From an uncultured virus (IMG/VR IMGVR_UViG_3300025030_000069) (taxonomy: Duplodnaviria; Heunggongvirae; Uroviricota; Caudoviricetes; Crassvirales), in the IMG/VR virus record IMGVR_UViG_3300025030_000069: a stretch of 64,000 nucleotides of DNA; one strand, 5' to 3'. The position numbers and the translations under genes are program-made. The notes beneath the pieces are model-generated. The model saw only the letters and a program-made list of their open reading frames with translations. It had not been told where the DNA came from and searched no databases. Each line of letters opens with the position of its first letter. The first letter of the stretch is position 1. Below are positions 51,218-59,674 of this stretch, piece after piece.

Positions 51218-52120
51218 TTATTCTTTAGGCATTATTTCATCAACAATGTTTTTAAATCTTTCAGGAATAGCAATTCTAAGTTTAACAATTTTACTTATCT
51301 TTTCTTGAATAACTTGTTGTAAATCCTGATTAATTTTAGCACATTCTTCCTGCCACTTAATATAAGAATTATGATGTTCTAATTTGAGGGTTTCATTAAT
51401 AGCTGATACACGTTGAATTTCTAAAGAGTTTTCTTTAGCTATTCTTGCATTTTCTTCAGTTATTAAATTCTTAATTTTGGCTTTGAAGTAATTAACACGC
51501 ATTTCATGTTTTCTGTGTAATGCAGAAAGTTCTTCATAAATGTTAATTAATTCATCAGTAGTTGTATTCCTGGTAATCTTAACAGGAGATTTCTCTCCAT
51601 CTTTAATTACCATCCATTCAATAGCTGGTAAATTACTAATCTCATGTCTTAATTGAGATAATTTACCATCTTTATGAATGAATTGTCCAATATGAGCAGC
51701 TAATGCTTCAACTTCAATGTATTCCTCAATTTCTTCTTTAGAGAGTTGGTTCCAACTCCATTCATTTGTAACATTATCTTGTAAAATAAGATTATGAAAT
51801 TCAGGAGAATTAGGTTTATTAGGAAATACAGGTTGTTTAGCTTTAATCTCTTTTAAAAGATTATCTTTAGCTTTAATGTTCTCCATTAAAAATGCTTGAG
51901 TAGCATGATATTTACCTTTAAGTTGTATTAATTCTACAACTTTATTCATAGGCATTGATTCTTGAAGAATGTGAGTTTCTTCATTTACTTTAATACTCTT
52001 TTGATGAGTATTGTAATTGGATATTTCTCTTGCAATTTCAACACATCTTTGATATAAGATATTGCTGATTGATGATGCTTGAGATAATGATAGTCCTGAT
52101 GTTGATAATGAGTTTTTCAT
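51218..52120 (-). CDS. Helical/coiled-coil hypothetical protein (300 aa)
   Basis: Long ORF (MKNSLSTSGLSLSQASSISN...AAHIGQFIHKDG...VNYFKAK). Confidence 0.8.
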   Translation of the reverse strand: MKNSLSTSGLSLSQASSISNILYQRCVEIAREISNYNTHQKSIKVNEETHILQESMPMNKVVELIQLKGKYHATQAFLMENIKAKDNLLKEIKAKQPVFPNKPNSPEFHNLILQDNVTNEWSWNQLSKEEIEEYIEVEALAAHIGQFIHKDGKLSQLRHEISNLPAIEWMVIKDGEKSPVKITRNTTTDELINIYEELSALHRKHEMRVNYFKAKIKNLITEENARIAKENSLEIQRVSAINETLKLEHHNSYIKWQEECAKINQDLQQVIQEKISKIVKLRIAIPERFKNIVDEIMPKE

Positions 52121-53201
52121 GGTTGTTTGAATTAGGTTTAATTAATAAATGAATTTCTAAATTAGTAGCTGATTATATCAGCTTAACGCATACACCGTGA
52201 GTATTTAAACTCTGAAGGTTTTAGTATTTGCATGCTTAGTCTGTAGTTAATTATCTTATTCAAGGATAATTAATACAGAGGTTAAACTTTGTAGTTAGTT
52301 TCCAATACATTCAGTGTTTTAGCTGTTTCACAACAATTAGGTTACTGCAACCTGAATATTATAATTCCTTACTTATAATGATAAGAATATTAGTTATTGT
52401 TCTGATGATTGATTTTCTAAAGAATTCAATTCACACTCATTTTTTAAATCTTTAAGAAGAGATATTTCTTTGGTATGTTCGAGATTAAGAATTTTAACTA
52501 AATCACAAGCCATTGCATATATTTGTGTACTTGATTGGTTATTTCAATTAGATCCAAACCAAAAATTTAAATGTTGTTCTACATCAAATATTTTCATAGT
52601 TTCTAGGTTTTAAAGTTTCTGTTTCGATGTTCAATTACATCATCATCAGTAAGAACAATAGTTCTTAGACAGAATGTTGGATTGACTAATTTGGCTATTA
52701 AAAATGAAGAAATAGGTGAGATTATTGAGAAAATTGAATGATTGAAAAAGAGGAAATATTGAAAAAGGTGACAAATATCATATTTTATCACTCTAAAATA
52801 TGATTTAAATCATACTATTTAATTCTAAAACATGATTTAAATCATAAAAACTACTATCATCACATCAAATAGTATGATGTGATGATGAATAGTAGTAAGC
52901 TTCTTTGTTCATAAGGTACAAAGATAAACCAAATAACAGCGATTTAACATTGGTAGTTTCTTCTACCTACTATAAAGATACATAAACTCTTACTTATGAC
53001 TGCCTTGTAACATAAAGCCAACCTAGACAAGGATATAGTTGGATAAGAGTTATGATGCATTAAACCAACAAATCTCCTATCCTTATATATATGAACAAGA
53101 TTTATTGATTTATAATTAGATTAAAAAGAATAAAAGAAAGTCTACAATGGAAGACAAATGTCCTCCACTGTAAACTCTTGTACTGCTGGCCGAAGGCCAG
53201 G

Positions 53202-53462
53202 TTAAAACCGTGCTTCAGTAAGCTCGCATTTGAGCACCAAATCAAGATACTTAACTGCAATACCTGCATCATTGACAGAGTCCCTGACAAGCACAGAGAC
53301 AGGCTCTGTAATCTCAAGGACATTGTTATCAACTTTAATGAATTCTGCTGGAATACGCATAGTATTAACGCCAAATACTCTGCCTTGGAAAGCGGCAGAA
53401 TAATGAATATGCTTTTCAGAGTTTACAGTGAACTCTTTTTGTTTAATCACTTTGAGTTTCAT
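53202..53462 (-). CDS. Hypothetical protein, first gene of the leftward block
   Basis: 86-aa ORF, locally higher GC. Confidence 0.55.
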   Translation of the reverse strand: MKLKVIKQKEFTVNSEKHIHYSAAFQGRVFGVNTMRIPAEFIKVDNNVLEITEPVSVLVRDSVNDAGIAVKYLDLVLKCELTEARF

Positions 53463-53646
53463 AGGACAGTAGTTTTAATGACGGGAGACATTTCCCGCTG
53501 AAACTTAGTGGGGGTGGTTGATCGGAGGAGGATCACGCTTACAATCAAGGACTTAACTCTAAAAATTTTTAGAAAAAAAATTAAAAATAATGTAACTAAT
53601 TATCGACTGCTTCGTATAACAGTATGTAACTAATAAATATATAAAA

Positions 53647-54183
53647 ATGAAAAAATGTAATAAATGTAATCAAGAAAAACCTTTTGAATGTTTTAGAAAA
53701 GACTCAAGAGAAAAAGACGGGTATAGATATACCTGTACAGAATGTCTATTAGGAAGACTTCCACATGAAAAAGCTACAATAGAAAAGCTTTGTAAGAAAT
53801 GTAACACCATTAAACCATTAGATTCTTTTGGATTTGTGAATAAAAAAAAGAATCTGAAAAATTCAGATTGTAAACAATGTAAAAATAAAACTAAAACAGA
53901 AAAATTAAAAAATACAGGTGTAAATAAAATAAAATGTCATAAAAAAAGACTAAATAAATATCATATTACTCAAATAGAATTTAATTTATTATTAACTAAT
54001 CAAAATAATAAATGTAAAATATGTGCAACTCCTTTTATAAAAACTCCACATATAGATCATTGTCATATTACTGGAGTAGTAAGGGGGTTACTATGTCACG
54101 GATGTAATATTGCTTTAGGAGGCTTCAGAAACAATATAGAATCTCTTAAATCAGCAATTTTATATCTCGAACAATCTACCTGA
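53647..54183 (+). CDS. Endonuclease VII-like HNH nuclease
   Basis: CxxC repeats; QNNKCKIC...HIDHCHITGVVRGLLCHGCNIALG. Confidence 0.9.
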   Translation: MKKCNKCNQEKPFECFRKDSREKDGYRYTCTECLLGRLPHEKATIEKLCKKCNTIKPLDSFGFVNKKKNLKNSDCKQCKNKTKTEKLKNTGVNKIKCHKKRLNKYHITQIEFNLLLTNQNNKCKICATPFIKTPHIDHCHITGVVRGLLCHGCNIALGGFRNNIESLKSAILYLEQST

Positions 54184-54273
54184 CTAAAATACCATTTTAC
54201 CTCAAATTAACCCTCTAAACTACAAAAATTTGACAGATTTGGCTATAGGGCAGCTCACTTTTATTAAAATAAA

Positions 54274-54305
54274 TTTGGTTTATAACTATTTTTTACATAT
54301 ATTTG
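54274..54305 (+). promoter_or_regulatory. Bacteroidota-type promoter for the ncRNA/tRNA region
   Basis: TTTG-N20-TATATTTG. Confidence 0.7.
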
Positions 54306-54695
54306 CATCATAGTTACAGTTTCTCTACTGTATGTGTAAGCAGAAGCATTGATAAACTCAAGAATTAAAATAGAGTTGAAGTTATGTTTTACTATAAAAA
54401 AGGTGTACAAAAAGTATAATAAGACCTGGAATAAGACTAAGGGTTGACAGAGAAGTCCCAGGATGGGTGGAAGTGTACCGCTTATTAGAAATGAATACAT
54501 TTAAAGAAGTTAAACCTTCAATCCCAATACCTTGTATAAAATCAGGGCAGGGACTTGTGTTTCTTCTAAAGAAAGTAAAAAGAGAATCAATTAAATGTAA
54601 AATAAATTAGTAAATAAATATACTACTAATTAATCATAAAATTGTGAAATAGAGAAAAGGTATCTCATAAGTCTCAATTATATATAAAACTATAG

Positions 54696-54767
54696 GCTTT
54701 CTAAGCTTTGCTGATGAAGCCCTTACTTGTAATAAGGAAGAAGGGAGTTTGAATCTCTCAGAAAGCC
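54696..54767 (+). tRNA. tRNA-Thr(UGU)-like, degenerate
   Basis: Acceptor gctttct/agaaagc, D stem gctt/aagc, anticodon arm cctta-cttgtaa-taagg, T arm gggag-tttgaat-ctctc. U8, D-loop and T-loop are non-canonical. Confidence 0.55.
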
Positions 54768-54877
54768 CAACGGCAATGATAATTTTTGTTTTCAATGTGG
54801 TAGAGAAATAGAATTTGTAGATGTAAAATATGTAAAATAACAAAATCTAAACAAAATAAAAAAAGAAAAACAACAAT

Positions 54878-54943
54878 ATGAAATTAAATAACCATCTTCC
54901 ACAACAACAGCACCAACCCAACAATAAAGCATTGAGTGGTTAG
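54878..54943 (+). CDS. Leader peptide MKLNNHLPQQQHQPNNKALSG
   Basis: A-rich Bacteroidota-style translation initiation region. Codon run CCA CAA CAA CAG CAC CAA CCC. Overlaps the antiterminator strand. Confidence 0.75.
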   Translation: MKLNNHLPQQQHQPNNKALSG

Positions 54944-54967
54944 AAGATTATTTTCTATTTTGATATT

Positions 54968-55000
54968 AACCCTCAATCGTAAGATTAGAGGGTTTTTATT
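54968..55000 (+). terminator. Attenuator terminator immediately before tRNA-Pro
   Basis: aaccctc-aatc-GTAA-gatt-a-gagggtt-tttatt. Its 5' arm can alternatively pair with 54931-54942. Confidence 0.85.
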
Positions 55001-55002
55001 AT

Positions 55003-55075
55003 CTTACAATAGGACAATTGGTAGTCTACTACATTTGGGATGTAGAGGTTGATAGTTCGAGTCTATCTTGTAAGA
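55003..55075 (+). tRNA. tRNA-Pro(UGG)
   Basis: Acceptor cttacaa/ttgtaag, D-loop with tggta, anticodon arm ctaca-tttggga-tgtag, T arm gatag-ttcgagt-ctatc. CCA is not encoded. Confidence 0.9.
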
Positions 55076-55151
55076 CGATAGTTTTCTGATACTAATCTTA
55101 TCAAATGTGCACTATAAAGAAAGTATGACAAGCAGGGACAGACCTGTACAT

Positions 55152-55222
55152 TGCCCTTTAGTAAAATGGTATTACGTCTCCCTTTGGAGGAGAAGTTTCT
55201 TGTCCAACTCAAGAAAGGGCAT
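55152..55222 (+). tRNA. tRNA-Gln(UUG)
   Basis: Acceptor tgccctt/aagggca, anticodon arm tctcc-ctttgga-ggaga, T arm tcttg-tccaact-caaga (atypical T-loop). Confidence 0.8.
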
Positions 55223-55230
55223 CTACAAAT

Positions 55231-55262
55231 AAAAAACCATATAGAGAATTACCTCTATATGG
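55231..55262 (-). terminator. Intrinsic terminator between the tRNAs and convergent genes
   Basis: ccatatagag-gtaatt-ctctatatgg followed by T6 on the minus strand. Confidence 0.8.
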
Positions 55263-55285
55263 CCTAACCAATTAATCAATTAAAC

Positions 55286-55708
55286 TTATACTAACTTTAA
55301 CAAATTATTTAATATTTCATTTTTAATTGTCAATCTCATTTCATCTAAAGTAACTTTTCTCATTACTTCAGGATGCCTATCAATTAAATCAACTTTAATA
55401 GGATAATATTGCTCTATTTCAACACTATTCTTGTCTATTTGCGCAAGTATAGTTTTTATCCCATCAATTACTTCATCAGTAGGGTGTTTAAATTGCTTGT
55501 ATTTAAAGTTTCTATTCCACCAATGTCTGAACTTACATTTAAACTTAGTCCAATCTGATTTTAAGTTATTATACCTTATAATCATATTAATAGGTAGTTT
55601 ATATTCCAGATAAAATGATTCTGGAATACTAAACATTAATTCATTAAATGTATAATAATAAAAATATTCTTCATATTTTGAACTATACAGTTTTTCTAAA
55701 TTTCTCAT
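55286..55708 (-). CDS. Hypothetical protein
   Basis: ORF in a small leftward operon. Confidence 0.6.
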   Translation of the reverse strand: MRNLEKLYSSKYEEYFYYYTFNELMFSIPESFYLEYKLPINMIIRYNNLKSDWTKFKCKFRHWWNRNFKYKQFKHPTDEVIDGIKTILAQIDKNSVEIEQYYPIKVDLIDRHPEVMRKVTLDEMRLTIKNEILNNLLKLV

Positions 55709-55986
55709 AATGTATTTGTTAATTCAATTAATCGTTTACAATTAATATAATAAGGTTCTGTCATTTCATCAGAATTAGGGCAAAAAGATAAAGGTCTTAT
55801 ATATTTAATTACATCTTTAGTAGTAATTTTATATTCTTCTATATTATCTCCTTTTGCATGGTTGTCTATAAACTTCTGTAAATTTATACTAAATTCTTTA
55901 ATGGACATCTCTTTTGCAGGAGAAACTGTTTTTTTATCTTTCTGAATCCATATTACAGGTTCTTCTAATTTTTTAATCTTTTTCAT
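55705..55986 (-). CDS. Hypothetical protein
   Basis: ORF, translationally coupled. Confidence 0.55.
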   Translation of the reverse strand: MKKIKKLEEPVIWIQKDKKTVSPAKEMSIKEFSINLQKFIDNHAKGDNIEEYKITTKDVIKYIRPLSFCPNSDEMTEPYYINCKRLIELTNTL

Positions 55987-55990
55987 AATT

Positions 55991-56383
55991 TTATCTATTT
56001 AAAGTTTTAACAAATTCTTCATATCTTTTATCAAATGCTTTACCAGCAAGTTTCTCTTTTTCATCATCAGGATTATAAGGAGTACGAAATTCTAAATTCT
56101 GTACTCTTTCACAATGCTTAGAAGCCCTGTCTTGAGTTTCTTTATCTGTAATTGACCACATCCAATCATAATGAATATCCTTAGTTTTTGAATTTGGATA
56201 TTTGAAAACTGGCTTTTCATATTTTACTTTTTCTCCACACCAAGGTTTAACTATTCTTTCTCTTTTACTTCTATCTACAAATACAGAAGTTCCATCAACA
56301 TCTTCATAGAAGTAAGTATCTTTCTTACCTTCTATAATTTCTAATGCTTTAACTAAAGATTCAACTTCATTTTCTTCTTTCAT
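55991..56383 (-). CDS. Hypothetical protein
   Basis: ORF. Confidence 0.6.
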   Translation of the reverse strand: MKEENEVESLVKALEIIEGKKDTYFYEDVDGTSVFVDRSKRERIVKPWCGEKVKYEKPVFKYPNSKTKDIHYDWMWSITDKETQDRASKHCERVQNLEFRTPYNPDDEKEKLAGKAFDKRYEEFVKTLNR

Positions 56384-56615
56384 ATTATTTCTTTTTAATT
56401 ATAATTCTATTTTTCCATAAACTACTTGCTATTTCCCCATTAATTTTTGCTTGTTGTTTAATTTCATCTATTAAATCATTAATCTTATTATTTAATTTCT
56501 TTTCTTCTTCTTCAGTCATTTTAAATTAATATCTTTAATAATTAATACAACTCCTATTCCTATTACAACTAATACCCATAATATTTCCAAAAAATAAAAT
56601 ATATCATTTATCATA

Positions 56616-56819
56616 TTATTTCTTTTTAATTTCTTTATTTAACCAATTAACTGTAAATCTTCTACAAGTATCACAAGTTACTTTACCTAAATTACCACCT
56701 ATCTCTCTCGATGCTATCTTAATTAGATATCTGAAAGCAGGTCTTGTAACTGCACTATAACCTGATTCACAAACTTTTAGTTGTTTTTTTATTTCTTTTA
56801 TTTCTGATTCACTTAACAT
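56616..56819 (-). CDS. Small Cys-containing protein
   Basis: First gene after the minus-strand promoter; CDTC. Confidence 0.55.
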   Translation of the reverse strand: MLSESEIKEIKKQLKVCESGYSAVTRPAFRYLIKIASREIGGNLGKVTCDTCRRFTVNWLNKEIKKK

Positions 56820-56823
56820 TTTA

Positions 56824-56886
56824 CAAAGATAAAAATAATTTTCTTAAAAACAAATTTGGTAGGAAGAAATATTTTATTTATATTTG
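56824..56886. promoter_or_regulatory. Back-to-back divergent Bacteroidota-type promoters
   Basis: Minus strand: TTTG (56851-54) N19 TATCTTTG (56824-31). Plus strand: TTTG (56855-58) N20 TATATTTG (56879-86). Confidence 0.75.
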
Positions 56887-56901
56887 CCGTTTTTAACAGA
56901 T

Positions 56902-57207
56902 ATGAACTTTACAACCAAAGATAAATCAATAGTTATTTACAAAGACAAAGAAGTCATTGGACTTAAACTTAACTGTGGGCCAGGATTAGTAGGAGAAAAA
57001 GATTTTAAAGAATTTCTTGGAGAATGTTCTTGTAATCTTAATGTTATCTTAATGGCTGAAGATAACCAACTTACTTGTAAATTTTATGATGAAGAAACCG
57101 GAGAAATATACTTCCACTTCGACAAACCCATTTCTTATAATACTATAAGTATGTGGTTTAAAGATGAAGATTTAATATTTCCTTTAAAAGATTTGGTAGA
57201 TACCTAA
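56902..57207 (+). CDS. Hypothetical protein
   Basis: ATG at 56902 is preferred, because the track's TTG start lies inside the -7 box. Confidence 0.6.
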   Translation: MNFTTKDKSIVIYKDKEVIGLKLNCGPGLVGEKDFKEFLGECSCNLNVILMAEDNQLTCKFYDEETGEIYFHFDKPISYNTISMWFKDEDLIFPLKDLVDT

Positions 57208-57223
57208 ATTATAATTATCTTTG
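57192..57223 (+). promoter_or_regulatory. Bacteroidota-type promoter
   Basis: TTTG-N20-TATCTTTG, 16 nt before the ATG at 57240. Confidence 0.7.
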
Positions 57224-57239
57224 TCAAAATTATTAGCAA

Positions 57240-57593
57240 ATGGAGAAAAAAATTAATATAAAAACTACAAAAGAGAAGATATTCAGACAATATTTGGCTG
57301 TGCTTTCACCAATCATAAAACTCAGGGAGAAGGAATTAGATGTTCTTGGTCAATTATTATATTCCAACAATGAACTCAAACATATTGAAGAAGAAAATAG
57401 ATGGATTATCATAATGAGTTATGAAAATAAGAAAAAGATGCAGGATATAATTGGATTATCTTCAGCATATTGGGATAATTGCTGTACAGAATTAAGAAAA
57501 AAAGGAATATTAAAGAATAATAAGGTAGAGAAGAACTTTCTATTTTATCCTGATAAAAATATTAAAGTAATTTTTGATTTTATAATAGAATGA
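57240..57593 (+). CDS. Putative winged-helix DNA-binding protein
   Basis: LREKELDVL...IGLSSAYWDNCCTELRKKGIL. Confidence 0.5.
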   Translation: MEKKINIKTTKEKIFRQYLAVLSPIIKLREKELDVLGQLLYSNNELKHIEEENRWIIIMSYENKKKMQDIIGLSSAYWDNCCTELRKKGILKNNKVEKNFLFYPDKNIKVIFDFIIE

Positions 57594-57841
57594 GATATCC
57601 TATATCCAATTTAGAAAAAGTTTATTGGGATTTAGCAACGAAATATAAATTGAGAAAAGAACAAATAGAAGAAGTAATTTTATCTCAATTTAGATTTGTA
57701 GATTTTACTATTAGAAATACAGATATAACAAAAGATGTTAAAGGAATTAATTTAACTCATATAGGTAAATTCTTACCACGATTTAAAACAATTGAATACC
57801 ATAAGAAATTACGTGAAAAAAGAAATTCAAATAATAACTGA
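57590..57841 (+). CDS. HU/IHF-like DNA-binding protein
   Basis: LATKYKLRKEQIEEVI...INLTHIGKF. Confidence 0.5.
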   Translation: MRYPISNLEKVYWDLATKYKLRKEQIEEVILSQFRFVDFTIRNTDITKDVKGINLTHIGKFLPRFKTIEYHKKLREKRNSNNN

Positions 57842-58112
57842 TATTTATACAGATATAGAAAGAAAAGTGAAAAATAAAACAATAATTGAAGAAATACTTG
57901 TAAAAAAAGAAGCACTGAGTAAGAAACTGATAAATGTAGAAGATATAATATCATTATCAGAAGTATTTGGTGCTAATGGAAAAGTGATTAAAAATCAATG
58001 TAAGATAAACATTAAGAATGAAGGAGAATTTTTATTAAATTCTTCTTATACTAAGGCGAAAGAACATATATTTCCAAATAAAAATAATATAGGCTTCTAT
58101 GTTAATAAATGA
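57792..58112 (+). CDS. Hypothetical protein
   Basis: ORF; start codon uncertain. Confidence 0.55.
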   Translation: MNTIRNYVKKEIQIITDIYTDIERKVKNKTIIEEILVKKEALSKKLINVEDIISLSEVFGANGKVIKNQCKINIKNEGEFLLNSSYTKAKEHIFPNKNNIGFYVNK

Positions 58113-58244
58113 AGATTTAGCAGGATTAACTCAATTTTTAATTGATAGTGATTCAGAATACACTATAGAAGATTTTTTACAGCTTTTGTTAAATAAAGGA
58201 ATAATAACATTAAAAGAGATATTAATATTTTATATAAAAAATAA

Positions 58245-58607
58245 ATGAATGAAGAAGTAGAAATTACAGAAGAATCAAAAGAACCTAAAGAAAACCCTAT
58301 TAAAATATTAAATGGGGTAGAGTATTTTGAAATACCTCTTAAAGCAAGTACAGGAGAAACAATGACTTTGAGATTATTTAATTCTCAACAACCAGAAAGA
58401 CTTGAATTTGAAGAACACAATGAATATAAAGTAAGGCGTTCTTGGAATTATAAAAATACTAAATCTCATCTAAAAGGTAAATTCGCTTGGTTATCTAAAA
58501 ATATAACTGATATAAAAAAGAAAAATTATGATACCAGTTGGGGAACTCTGACTAAAGAAAAGGCGGCATATTTATTAAATCATTTAAAAAATAATAAAGA
58601 AGAATGA
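58245..58607 (+). CDS. Hypothetical protein
   Basis: ORF. Confidence 0.6.
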   Translation: MNEEVEITEESKEPKENPIKILNGVEYFEIPLKASTGETMTLRLFNSQQPERLEFEEHNEYKVRRSWNYKNTKSHLKGKFAWLSKNITDIKKKNYDTSWGTLTKEKAAYLLNHLKNNKEE

Positions 58608-58903
58608 AAATTCCTAAAACATTTCAAATCTTCGGACAAACTATTAAAGTTATTTTTAAAAAAAATTTAATAGATAAGGAAGAATCATTTGGAATATGGG
58701 ATTATAATAAGAATATAATTTATTTACAACCTTCTACAAGAAAACACAGATTGACTAAAGAACAAATAGAAAGTACTTTTGTTCATGAATATTTACATAC
58801 ATCGTTAGATTTATTAGGTTATGAAGAATTATCAAAAGATGAAAAATTTGTGAATCAATTAAGCCTTTGTATTCATCAAATTGTTAAAAATATCAAACTA
58901 TGA
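58604..58903 (+). CDS. Small zincin-like metallopeptidase
   Basis: TFVHEYLH...DEKFV. Confidence 0.75.
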   Translation: MKIPKTFQIFGQTIKVIFKKNLIDKEESFGIWDYNKNIIYLQPSTRKHRLTKEQIESTFVHEYLHTSLDLLGYEELSKDEKFVNQLSLCIHQIVKNIKL

Positions 58904-59074
58904 AAATTTATAAAGTAACTAATTTAATTTTCATTGGAAGGAATTTTTATTAAAGAATTTAAATCTTTAACCGAAGCAGGAAAGCAAACTAATTTAAATT
59001 TTAAAAACATATCATTTGCTGCTCAAAAAGAAAATAGAATTTGTGGGCGTTTTAAATGGAAATATAAGATTTAA
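58900..59074 (+). pseudogene. Internally deleted homing endonuclease remnant (GIY-YIG-like start joined out of frame to a NUMOD1-like end)
   Basis: MKIYKVTNLI, then in another frame FSLEGIFIKEFKSLTEAG...ICGRFKWKY*. Confidence 0.6.
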
Positions 59075-59236
59075 ATTTACTACATCAATTTTTAAACAAT
59101 GAAAAAATTAAAGAAATTTAAACTTCATCAGGAAGATGAATATAAACTAAAAGGAAAAAAAAATTTAAAAAAATAAAAAGAGTTAATGAATATGAAGAAA
59201 ATAAACAAGAATTAATTAATAATATTTTTAAATAAA

Positions 59237-59635
59237 ATGGAATTTAAAGAATTTGTAAAATGGTGTTTTGAAAAATTTCCAAAAGGAGAAGAATTTAGAG
59301 ATTATAAACATTCTCCCGATTATGCAGAATTTTATAATAAAGATATTTATAAAATAACTATTGATCATGGATTACAACGATGGCAGGCAAGTTATAGTTC
59401 TCCCTGGATGGATTCATATGAATATTCAACTATTATAGTTGCTGTAGAGGCAGATACAAATATTGAAGAATGGTTGGATTCAGTTAAAAAACTACAAAAA
59501 AATTATATGCCGATATTACAAAAACTATCTTACAAAAAAATGTATAGTGGATTTTCATCAGAAACAAAATTAAAAATAGAAAAAATAACTAAATTAAACA
59601 ATAAACTAAAAGAATATGATTACAGTGAATTTTAA
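59237..59635 (+). CDS. Hypothetical protein
   Basis: ORF. Confidence 0.6.
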   Translation: MEFKEFVKWCFEKFPKGEEFRDYKHSPDYAEFYNKDIYKITIDHGLQRWQASYSSPWMDSYEYSTIIVAVEADTNIEEWLDSVKKLQKNYMPILQKLSYKKMYSGFSSETKLKIEKITKLNNKLKEYDYSEF

Positions 59636-59674
59636 ACCAACAGGAGCAAAAGTGTTAGTTAATAATATAACAAA

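Noticed and set aside
54634..54843. 69-aa minus-strand ORF
   Set aside because: Antisense translation of the tRNA-Thr-like gene.
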